A DNA stretch of 64,000 nucleotides from Macrostomum lignano (taxonomy: Eukaryota), in assembly GCA_002269645.1 (NCBI GenBank), contig NIVC01001924.1, forward strand, positions 1 through 64,000, read 5' to 3'. Numbering within the stretch: the stretch's first letter is position 1; each line of letters opens with the position of its first letter. A model generated the notes under the pieces. It ran no database searches. It was given only the letters and a program-made list of their open reading frames with translations, and had not been told where the DNA came from. A program made the position numbers and the translations under genes. This document shows positions 54,601 to 64,000 of this stretch, piece by piece.

Positions 54601-56565
54601 GTGCCTGTGGCGCTAAAATGAGTGCCTGTTGCGCTAAAATGAGTGCCTGCGGCGCTAAAATGAGTGCCTGCGGCGCTACAATGAGTGCCTGCGACACTAA
54701 AATGAGTGTCTGTGGCGCTAAAATGAGTGCCTGCGGCGCTAAAATGAGTGCTTGTGGCGCTAAAATGAGTGCCTGCGGCGCTAAAATGAGTGCCTGCGGC
54801 GCTAAAATGAGTGCCTGTGGCGCTAAAATAGGCGCTAAAATGAGTGCCTGCGGCGCTAAAATGAGTGTCTGTGGCGCTAAAATAGGCGCTAAAATGAGTG
54901 CCTGCGGCGCTAAAATGAGTGCCTGTGGCGCTAAACTGAATGCCTGTGGCGCTAAAATGAGTGCCTGTGGCGCTAAAATGAGTGCCTGTGGCGCTAAAAT
55001 GAGTGCCTGTGGCGCTAAAATGAGTGCCTGCGGCGCTAAAATGAGTGCCTGCGGCGCTAAAATGAGTTCCTGCGGCGCTAAAATGAGTGCCTGCGGCGCT
55101 AAAATGAGTGCCTGCGGCGCTAAAATGAGTGCCTGCGGCGCTAAAATGAGTGCCTGTGGCGCTAAAATGAGTGCCTGCGGCGCTTAAATGAGTGCCTGCA
55201 GCGCCAAAATGAGTGCCTGCGATGCTAAAATGAGTGCCTGCGGCGCTAAAATGAGTGCCTGCGGCGCCAAAATGAGTGCCTGCGGAGCTAAAATGAGTGC
55301 CTGCGACGCTTAAATGAGTGCCTGTCGCGCTAAAATGAGTGCCTGCAGAGCTAAAATGAGTGCCTGCGACGCTTAAATGAGTGCCTGCGACGCTTAAATG
55401 AGTGCCTGTGGCGCTAAAAAGAGTGCCTGCGGAGCTAAAATGAGTGCCTGCGACGCTTAAATGAGTGCCTGCGGCGCTAAAATGAGTGCCTGCGGCGCTA
55501 AAATGAGTTCCTGCGGCGCTAAAATGAGTTCCTGCGCTTAAATGAGTGATTGCGGCGCTTAAATGAGTGCCTGCGGCGCTTAAATGAGTTCCTGCGGCGC
55601 TAAAATAAGTGCCTGCGGCGCTTAAATGAGTGCCTGCGGCGCTAAAATGAGTGCCTGTGGCGCTAAAATGAGTGCCTGCGGCGCTAAAATGAGTGCCTGT
55701 TGCGCTAAAATGAGTGCCTGCGGCGCTAAAATGAGTGCCTGCGGCGCTAAAATGAGTTCCTGCGACGCTAAAATGAGTGCCTGCGACGCTAAAATGAGTG
55801 CCTGCGACGCTAAAATGAGTGCCTGTTGCGCTAAAATGAGTGCCTGCGGCGCTAAAATGAGTGCCTGCGACGCTAAAATGAGTTCCTGCGGCGCTAAAAT
55901 GAGTGCCTGCGGCGCTAAAATGAGTGCTTGCGGCGCTAAAATGAGTGCCTGTTGCGCTAAAATGAGTGCCTGCGGCGCTAAAATGAGTGCCTGCGGCGCT
56001 ACAATGAGTGCTTGTTGCGCTAAAATGAGTGCCTGCGGCGCTACAATGAGTGCTTGTTGCGCTAAAATGATTGTGGCGCTAAAATAAGCGCTGACAACAC
56101 CGGTTCTCAAAATAATGTAGTTGTAGGAATTTAGTCATGTACAATACATGCACATGTATAGTTCCTTGCTTTGTCTCCCCCCACCATGGTTCTAAGTACA
56201 GAAAAGCTCAGTTGATACCTTTCAGTAGATATGGTGACCACCCTCAGTCGGCCGGTAAACGGTGCCCGCTCCAAGTGCCAGGCATAGTAGCCCAGGCAGC
56301 CAACGCAGCAGCTGATTCCGCCGCCTATCAACAAGCGCCTACGAGCAGATAAGTACGCTAAGTACTTTTCTTTAGTCTCGGGCTTGAATTTGCTCCATTT
56401 TCGACGAGCAACTCTAGCAGTTAGCGCTGTAGCCATCTTCAACAGTGGCTTCATCAATACCACTACAAGTACAGGCGGTGCTCGGTTCGTTGTCGAGGTG
56501 TGAAATAATTTTTTTAACTGACGCAGCTGATGCTGCGGCTGAGTAGGCGCCAAGCGCCATCGCAT
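51624..56565 (-). CDS. OMA1: OMA1 mitochondrial M48 zinc metallopeptidase, 3 exons, 396 aa
   Basis: Exons 56565-56219, 53885-53447 and 52028-51624, GT-AG, total 1191 nt. Motifs APFTGR, NAMC..G.ILVYSGML, LAHELAH (HExxH), PFSRRLELEADAVGL, PEFLSTHP. Confidence 0.92.
52190..53425. repeat. 30-bp minisatellite (AGGTAATAATCTCACCCATAAGATTGTGAC), OMA1 intron 2
   Basis: Read directly; includes a 420-bp block duplication. Confidence 0.97.
53990..56095. repeat. 21-bp minisatellite (GAGTGCCTGYGGCGCTAAAAT), about 100 copies, OMA1 intron 1
   Basis: Read directly; 7-aa periodic ORF MSACGAK. Confidence 0.98.
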
Positions 56566-57149
56566 GTGGCGAGAAAGTGTTGACAGCAGAAGTTTATAAT
56601 TATATTTATGAGCATGGCAAAAAAAGTGACCAGGAAAAATGAATGGAATAAAATTTTTATATAACAGATGCGGATATGAATTAGGACTGATGGCTTAAGC
56701 AGATAAATAATCATTGTAAGCTTAAACAAATTTGTATACTTAAAATTGAAACATTTAAAACTAGGATGCAGGCAGATATTAAGGCTTCTAATGTTGACTG
56801 CCACATCCTTAAAATTGCAACTATTTACTATTTCAACTAGGATTTCTATACTATGTATTTCTCTACTTAGCCAAGATTTTTTGTTTAGATGTCTAAGTGT
56901 ATATTTAAATATCCTATGTGGTACAACTAACTACAGACACTTATGCTACCTTAGACATCTTAAGGGTGTATCTTAGGAATAATAGTCACTAATACTAGAG
57001 GCAATGCCTTCAAGGATACCATTATAATGTAATTATAACATTACATTATTCGAGTAAAGTTGTCATGGCCAAAGATATTTGCTATGAATCTCTTTTATCC
57101 AAAGTAACAAAAAGACAACAAAATAAAGCCTTCACAAAGATAATGGGCA

Positions 57150-58651
57150 TTCCCCCTTAATAGAAACCATCTCCAAGATAGCACCCTAGAAAAAAACATG
57201 CTAAACTTAGAAAGTCAACCATGGTACTTTCATGACAAGATTGACTTACAAAGTTTTCAAAGTAAGTATCAGTTTTGTGGGCCACTTTGTGAGCCGAGCT
57301 TTGTGGGCCACTTCTGAGTCCACTGGCATGGGTTGTATGGCTGCAAGGCAGAGTCCAGCCTGTCAATACCACTTATAAATCTGTTGTACGACACAATTGT
57401 CTGATGCATCTGCTGGATGACCAGTTCATTTTGCACGATTTGGTGAACAGGGTGAAGTTGGGCTACACCTTGTGTGTCAAAGAAGAAAACTTTCTTTAGG
57501 CCCGAGCTCTTCCTATCAACTATTTTCACCACTAGCACATTTCCTTTGTGTATAAACATGTAGCTTGGAGCTTGGTTTCCCTGGTACCATGAAGACCATC
57601 TGGGACACAACAATCGGCGCAAACTATGCATGTCAGCATGGTGCTCCACTGCAGCAGATATATTGCAAGATGATAAGATCCGAAACCAGCTATCGCAGAA
57701 GATGTGATAACCTAAATCCAATATGTACCTAACTGCCTCCACCAGGACTTTATCACTTAGAGACAGCCCCCCACACCCAAGATCTTGACCGAATCACTCA
57801 TTCTCAGCTCTACTAGAACTAGAGTGCACTAAGAAGTTGCTCACGTAACCGGATCTAGCTTTGCAAAGACAATACAGTTTGATGCCATATTGTGCTTTCT
57901 TGGATGGAATATATTGACAAAACATGACGCGACCCCTGAACAGAACAAGCTCTTTATGGACACTAATTTCTTTTTCTGGCATGTACACACTGCAACATAT
58001 CTCAGCTACATGCGTAATAAATGGTCTTGCCTTTGCTAGTGGGTTGTTTCCATCGAAGTTGTTGCAGTCATAGAAGCGCAGCTGGCTACTGATCTGTTGG
58101 TACCTGTCCCTTGTCAGGCAAGCAAGTTGTTGGAAGAAAGGTGTTGCGTAGAAATCATCTTTGCTCCAATAGTTGGCGATCTTGGGCTTTTTAACTGTTC
58201 CCATGTAAAGCGACATGGCAACAAACTTCTTCATCTCATCCATGGTCACGTCTTTCCACACAGAGAACCTTTGAGGCAAGTTTGGCATCAATGCTTGTAG
58301 CTTGTCGAATTTGCGCCACGCCCGTGCATTGGTCCAAGCGCAGAGCTGTTGCACCAGGTCACCAGTCAGAAACAGCTTGAAAAATGCAGCTGGATTGTCA
58401 TCGGCAGTCTCTGGCCTCGGCAAGTCAGGATCCACACCAGGCATTCCCAAGAATTTGGCCTTTGCATCTGGCCGTTCATCATGCCCAGCTTCCCGTGCCA
58501 TCCAAGCATTATTTGGCAAGCCGCCAGCGTCTTTATTTGGCTGGAGATGCAGGTCCTCTTTTTCATCTTCACCTTCATCTGCTGTTAGCCAGCCTTTCTT
58601 TTCTTCTAGTTAAGAGTTGGTATCCAGATCAAAATGCACTTGAGCAACCAT
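57150..58651 (-). pseudogene. Inactivated piggyBac (PGBD4-like) transposase
   Basis: Motifs FFKLF, TNARA, WKDVTMDEMKKF, YWSKD, RDRYQQI..LRF, FRGRVMFCQYIPSKKAQYGIK, DSWF, YNRFISGIDRLD. In-frame stops at 58612-58610 and 57796-57794. The first catalytic motif reads ISVHK instead of ISVDE. TIRs not identified. Confidence 0.9.
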
Positions 58652-59174
58652 GACAAACACTGTCCGATACTTGGAAATTATTGCACTAAATAAAGCTGCT
58701 GATTGATGATTCAATTAACTAATTGGCACTTGAATTTTATCATGTAGCTTCAAGCTTTCTTGATTTGATGAATCCCACAATCTTGCTGTGTCATTTATAC
58801 CCATCTACCTGTCCATCTACCTCACTCCACTTGTTTTTTGCTTTCATGTTTATCCTTTATTGCTACGAGTATAAGCTAATCCACTTGCTATTGTAGGCTA
58901 CGGCTATGTCAAAAATATGCTGAAATAGTCTATGGCCTTGGCCTGCTTTGCAGGCCATTTTGCAAGCTATATTGGTAAATAGAATCCCAACTAGCAGTGT
59001 AGGTTAAGGCTTTAAAAAGTCTTTAGCCAATTAAAATCTATGCCAATGAGTTTAGCCACTAGGCTTCTATGAATTTAAGGTAGGTGCAGCACAAGACCTA
59101 GAACAATGCACACGCCCTGCAATCTTTTCTTGCAGAAAAAGCAATTCTTACCTTCCTACTAAGTTTGAATTGTG

Positions 59175-59262
59175 CTCTATATCTATATATCTATATCTAT
59201 AGAATCTATATCTATAGAATTTATATATATATATATATATATATATTTATTTATATCTTATC
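59175..59262. repeat. (TA)n / TATC low-complexity tract
   Basis: Read directly. Confidence 0.85.
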
Positions 59263-60397
59263 TATGTCCTAGATTTTTGGGCATAGCCTATATTATGATT
59301 GATACAAAGTGTGGCCCCCTTGATTTTGTAGGCTAGTTATACTAGAATGCCACACTCTGGATCATGTAGTATATACCTGAAAATTTAGGCATACATTGGC
59401 CTTGCATGCCAAAAATAGGCATGCACAGTTGGCATACATCATTCCTAAGAAAATAGTATGTGTGCATACCTGGCATATAGGCCCTACTTCATAGAATCAC
59501 GTGGAAGAGTTATTGTGAAGTAGAAAAAAAGACAAAAAATGTTCTTTTTAAGTGAAAATTTCAAGCTTTCCAGGTTTTTTAAGCTTGTAATAAAGCATTT
59601 AAACAAAATTTGCATGTATCAATTTTTTACTAGAAAAAAGGACTATGGCCAGAAAAATGCATGTCCAACAGTAATAGTTCAACCCTGCCCTTTTGTGCCA
59701 GATAGCCAGAATTTTCTATGAAAAAGGCCATCTTTCTGACTATGGCTCCAGACTCTTTATGACTTGCCTTAAGTTTTTTATATAAGACCCAACTATTGAA
59801 CTAGAAAACAAAAATTAAGATCAAGGTCATACTATTAAAAGATATTATCAAATTATAGACATAGCATAGCATATACAGTCTAGTAGTATAGTTCTTGTAA
59901 TTTATAAAATGAGTTTTTGGCATACATAAAATAAAGACTAATAGATGGCTTTTTAAAACAACTTTATTTGATTATTAGACATTTGATTATGGATATTATA
60001 GAATTAGGATAGGATTGGATGGACCATAGAGTCATAGACGTCCTAGTCAAAGTCAAGCATGGTTTTCAATACAATTGTCAATTTCTATATGATTGTAATA
60101 CTGAGCTAGCTAATTTATAGGTGATAATCTGAAACTAAGCTGGTTAAATTCGTAGGCTGGTTAAATAACTATAATCAATCAATAAAAATGAAACTCAGAG
60201 AATGTAATAAAATTGTAGCTCGGATTTTGAATATTGTAATTTCTTTAGAATTTCTTAGTTTTATATTGTATTTATATTATTTTCCACTCCTGTCCCTCAT
60301 TCTGTAATTGTAGTATTATATTCGTACATTATCTACCTTTTTTGTTATTATTTAGTTTATAAGAAATATATTCAAATTAGAAAGAGCGTCGCGCTGC

Positions 60398-61523
60398 GGG
60401 CCCGTGCTATAGAATACTCTTAACTCCTAAATCCTTAAGAGTGTCCTAACTCCTAGCTCCTAGATGGCTTTTCTGTGCTATAGAATCAAGAGTAAATTTT
60501 AAGAGCTAGGAGGCTCCTAAGGACGTTAGGAGACTCCTTGGTGAATTTAGGAGACCTCATAAAGGTTTGTCGCGTGCTATAGAATAAGGAGCGGAGTAGG
60601 AGCTAGGAGCTAGGAATTGCTGTTTAGGAGTGAGTTTTAGGAGTGCGTGTCCTATAGAATTGGAGCGAAATTCATTTCTAGCTCCTAACTCCTAGTTAAA
60701 AATTCAAGGGCCAAATTTTACTCTTAGGTTAGTAGGAGTGTCTTTTTTCATGTTTTTGGATCGAACACTGAACTATTCTCGGACGGTGGGGGTCGGGGAG
60801 CTAATGATTGGCGATGGCAACCCAGGCAATTTAAGCAAAGGATAAACTTTATTGAATAATTTCATACTATGTCGCGACTCACGATTTCCGCTCAATGAGA
60901 ATCAACACCACTTTCAATAAACATGTTGCAACTTAAAACATCACAAATAATCTTAGATTTCGACTTGTACTATTTTGTTTGTACCGACAATGGGCACTGT
61001 TTTGCTGGGTACAAAAATGACCAATTTTATGGTGTCTAATTATAGCACCCCTCTTATACAAGTATTTGTTGTTTGTCAAATAGGAGCAATTAATTACGAT
61101 AGCATGCAGGTAAACCACTTTCTATTGACTTGGTCTATCAACTAATTAAATGTGCTCCCCGCTCCCTTTCGCCTATTAAATGCACAGCTTAGCCTAAAAT
61201 GGTTTTATTGCTTTACGCGCTCGTAGCCGTTTTTCACAGGGTAATAAAACTTGTAACTTGTTTTTTAAACTGCTAAAATTACTCCTTAAGGTGCATACAT
61301 TTAGGAGTTTAATATAGCACGCAGATTGGCAGACTCCTTAGCCAATCACCTCACACTCCTTAGAGCTCCTCCTCACTCCTATGCTGCACTCCTTAAAACA
61401 ACTCTTAGCTCCTAACTCTTGATTCTTGAACTCTATAGCACACAAAATCGATTCGCTCCTTGCTAGGAGCACTCCTGACTCCTAACTCCTTACTCTTTGC
61501 TCTTAAATCTATAGCACGGGCCC
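60398..61523. mobile_element. Non-autonomous PIF/Harbinger-like element (MITE-type), 1126 bp
   Basis: Perfect 16-bp TIRs GGGCCCGTGCTATAGA (60398-60413) and TCTATAGCACGGGCCC (61508-61523). Internal copies of the GTGCTATAGAAT motif; CTG on both flanks (one-base offset on the left); no transposase ORF. Confidence 0.78.
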
Positions 61524-62356
61524 CTGGGACGGTTTAACGGTCAACTCGGGCTACTGGGTCGTGAGTCACAACGTAGCTTAGCGTCTTAACACTTAATAAC
61601 AGCATTCATTAGCATTAAATTTTAGCATTAGAGCCTTAGGATTATCCAATTCAGTATTCTATTTCATTAGATCATTGGCGTTAATAAAAGCGCCCAACTA
61701 AGTAGTCACAGTTGCAGTCAATCGTTCGGGTGCTCGCTTAATATAAGCATATTGAACTTGAACTACTTAGTCTTAACTTATTATTGCTCACTTCGATTTC
61801 AAATCTGGTTGCCATACTTGTTATCGACTTTATTATTTTTAGAGAAAATAATTGGCGACCACACCTAGTTTCTATATCCTACTACACAGTACACATACGA
61901 GCCCAACATTTTGAAAATTCAAACAAGACTCAAACCAAACCTCTTTCTTTACATTTTTCTTGTAAAACGTCACAACCGTTAAAATATCGCCTTTTTAATA
62001 CAAAACAACAAACAAGAATGTTTTTCAATTAAATTGCTTTAATTTGCAGTGCACATGTATACGTTCGCTAGTTCTACATGTTACATTTCCTTAGCAGATC
62101 ACAACGCTACTATAAAGAAAAAGTAAAGAAAATAAGGTTACAAGTATGTCACTACTATAACTCGTGTTTATTAGAACGCGGCTTCCCTTCTACATGTTGC
62201 AGTTATAAGAAGTAAATATACACAACTTGATTAATCTTTTTTGGCTCTTTTTGTTTTGGCGAAAAAACAAAAGTCCAGCTCAGTGCCAGCGCAGGCCGTC
62301 TATAGAAAAGAATTGAACGAAAGACAGATGAAAACATCTACATTATTCGTTGTTCT

Positions 62357-63958
62357 TCAAATCTCAGAAACCCTTTTTGCAGCCACAGCAGCCACCGCCT
62401 CTTTCAGCGCTTCGTCCGATAGCAGCCGCCAGTCGCCGCAGTCCAGCAGCCAACGGCAAGCGGTGATGTGCCCGACCGACAGAAGCGGCAGCAGCCGCGC
62501 CGCCTCCACAGCGTCTGCTGGACAGCGGGCCGTCAGCGCGTCGCTAAACGCCTCCGCCATCGCTGCCGTCTCCAAGGACGCCCCCAGCGAGTCCCCGCGG
62601 AGGTCGGCATCCCATCCGGTCACCGCGGCCGGGCCCTCTCTGATGCAGCTCGCCGCCGCGCAGTCGTTGCCGACGTCGAGTCGCGACTGCCAGCCGTCGT
62701 CGTCACCCGCGTCGTCGTCGTCGGCGTGGAGGGCACGGAGCTGCCCGGTGCGCCGCAGCCACCGCGCCACGCGCCAAGCGCCGCTGCGCACAACGTCGGC
62801 CGCGTCAACGTCGCAGGCGGCCTCCCGCGGTAGCCGCAGCTCCACCGCTAACAGCGACAGCAGGCGAACCGCAGCGAGCGAGTCCAACCGAGCCGCTGCC
62901 TGCACCGGCGTCCGCCAGCCGCCGTCCGGCATCGTCAGGGCGGCCCGCAGCCCCGACACCGACGCCCTGCCGTCTCGCAGCAGCCGCAGTAGCCGGGCGA
63001 CCACCGCCGCAGCCACCGACGGCTCGGCGGCAGCGCAGTAGTGCAGCAGGTTGCGTCCTCCGCTGTCGTAGTGCCGGTGCGCCTGCGACGGATCCAGCGA
63101 CAGCAGCCGCTCGGCGAGGTCGGCGCGGCCTCTCAGAACCGACAGCATCAGCGCCGACTGCAGGGCGCCGTTCCGCAGCTCCGTCACGGGGAGGCGGAGC
63201 CGCTCGCTCGGGATGGGGTGCCGCGAGTCAGCTGTTTCCATGGCAACCGGTGTTGATGAGGCTGTTTCCATTGCAACCGGTTCTGCTGAGGCTGTTTCCA
63301 TAGCAACCGGTTCTGCTGAGGCTGTTTCCATTTCAACCGGTTCTGCTGAGGCTGTTTCCATAGCAACCGGGTCTTCTGTTGCTGTTTCCTTAGCTACCCG
63401 ATCTGTTGGCGTCGTTTCATTAATAGCATTCGAAGCCGGATCTGTTGTTGCTGTTTTCGTGGCAACCAAATGATGTGTTGATTCTGTTTTCATGACAATT
63501 GGCTGTGTTGTTGCTGTTTCCTCAGCAACCGGATTTCTTACAAAAGTTTCCATGGCAACGAAGCCTTTAGACATTGTTTCCCCTGCAACTGGGACTGTTG
63601 AAATGGAATTCACGGGGGCAGCTTCCATTTGAAGTGACACAAATCGTTTAGACTTGAGACGTGGCGTAGCATTTGATGCGCTCGAAGACTTTCTCTTCGA
63701 TCTGATTGCATTGTTGCTTTGCTGCTGTTGCTGAAAGTCAGAAGCTTTCGAAGCACCTTCGGTGGTTAGTCGATGCTGAATCCTGAGTGCTCGAGTTTTC
63801 TTCAACTCTGCAACATCGTCGATGACCTTGCGTACTCCGACTCCCATGCTTGTTTCAGAATGAACACTAGCAATTTTATCAGTGTCTTCGTTTAAGGAGT
63901 GCTGTTGCGTTCTTTTGACGCAAGTATTTATACATTCAAGGTCGATGTAATAATGCAA
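62357..63958 (-). CDS. Ankyrin-repeat protein with a low-complexity / VAMET-repeat N-terminal region; 5' end uncertain
   Basis: 533-codon open frame. The annotated start is TTG, so the first ATG is at 63847 unless there is an upstream exon. Ankyrin-like SALMLSVLRGRADLAERLL, GRNLLHYCAA and RTPVQAAARLDSLAAVRLL; stop at 62359-62357. Confidence 0.68.
   Translation of the reverse strand: MHYYIDLECINTCVKRTQQHSLNEDTDKIASVHSETSMGVGVRKVIDDVAELKKTRALRIQHRLTTEGASKASDFQQQQQSNNAIRSKRKSSSASNATPRLKSKRFVSLQMEAAPVNSISTVPVAGETMSKGFVAMETFVRNPVAEETATTQPIVMKTESTHHLVATKTATTDPASNAINETTPTDRVAKETATEDPVAMETASAEPVEMETASAEPVAMETASAEPVAMETASSTPVAMETADSRHPIPSERLRLPVTELRNGALQSALMLSVLRGRADLAERLLSLDPSQAHRHYDSGGRNLLHYCAAAEPSVAAAVVARLLRLLRDGRASVSGLRAALTMPDGGWRTPVQAAARLDSLAAVRLLSLLAVELRLPREAACDVDAADVVRSGAWRVARWLRRTGQLRALHADDDDAGDDDGWQSRLDVGNDCAAASCIREGPAAVTGWDADLRGDSLGASLETAAMAEAFSDALTARCPADAVEAARLLPLLSVGHITACRWLLDCGDWRLLSDEALKEAVAAVAAKRVSEI
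63234..63397. repeat. 30-bp coding tandem repeat (PVAMETASAE), each unit containing an X-box-like GTTTCCATRGCAAC
   Basis: Six units at 30-bp spacing from 63234 to 63397, with further degenerate copies to about 63590. Confidence 0.9.
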
Positions 63959-64000
63959 AAAGAAAGAATCCAGTTTAGTCAGCAGCCATGCAGTTTAGAA

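Noticed and set aside
56700-59100. piggyBac TTAA/TIR boundaries
   Set aside because: Several TTAA sites are present, but I could not identify a matching inverted pair.
62241-63041. 266-aa + strand ORF (also 34417-34988, 23811-24173, 42940-43264 and similar)
   Set aside because: These are antisense shadows of GC-rich coding exons, with no independent signal.

Overview
This is eukaryotic (metazoan) genomic DNA in the standard code, with GT-AG introns and no prokaryotic features. Repeat-laden introns and GC-rich exons resemble a Macrostomum-like flatworm, but that assignment is only an inference. Gene order: NPY/NPF-type GPCR (-, 2 exons); DNAAF5/HEATR2 (+, 7 exons); PP1 catalytic subunit (-, 5 exons); a rhodanese + DSP-like pseudophosphatase (-); a small TM protein (+) apparently nested in its intron; an MXRA7-like gene (+); YIF1 (-, 4 exons); OMA1 (-, 3 exons); and an ankyrin-repeat protein (-) at the right edge. 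Mobile DNA includes a 2.2-kb solo LTR with 10-bp terminal inverted repeats and a 4-bp TSD, an RTE-type LINE remnant, a tRNA-derived SINE, a dead piggyBac transposase and a Harbinger-like MITE. More than 25 tandem arrays are present. Four observations stand out. (i) Most introns carry their own private minisatellite. (ii) Two array families recur at separate loci with shared unique flanks, implying mobile carriers that seed arrays. (iii) The solo LTR has a dense promoter and a splice donor pointing at DNAAF5. (iv) A coding repeat (VAMET) is at the same time an array of RFX X-boxes. All family assignments come from recalled motifs, not from database searches.
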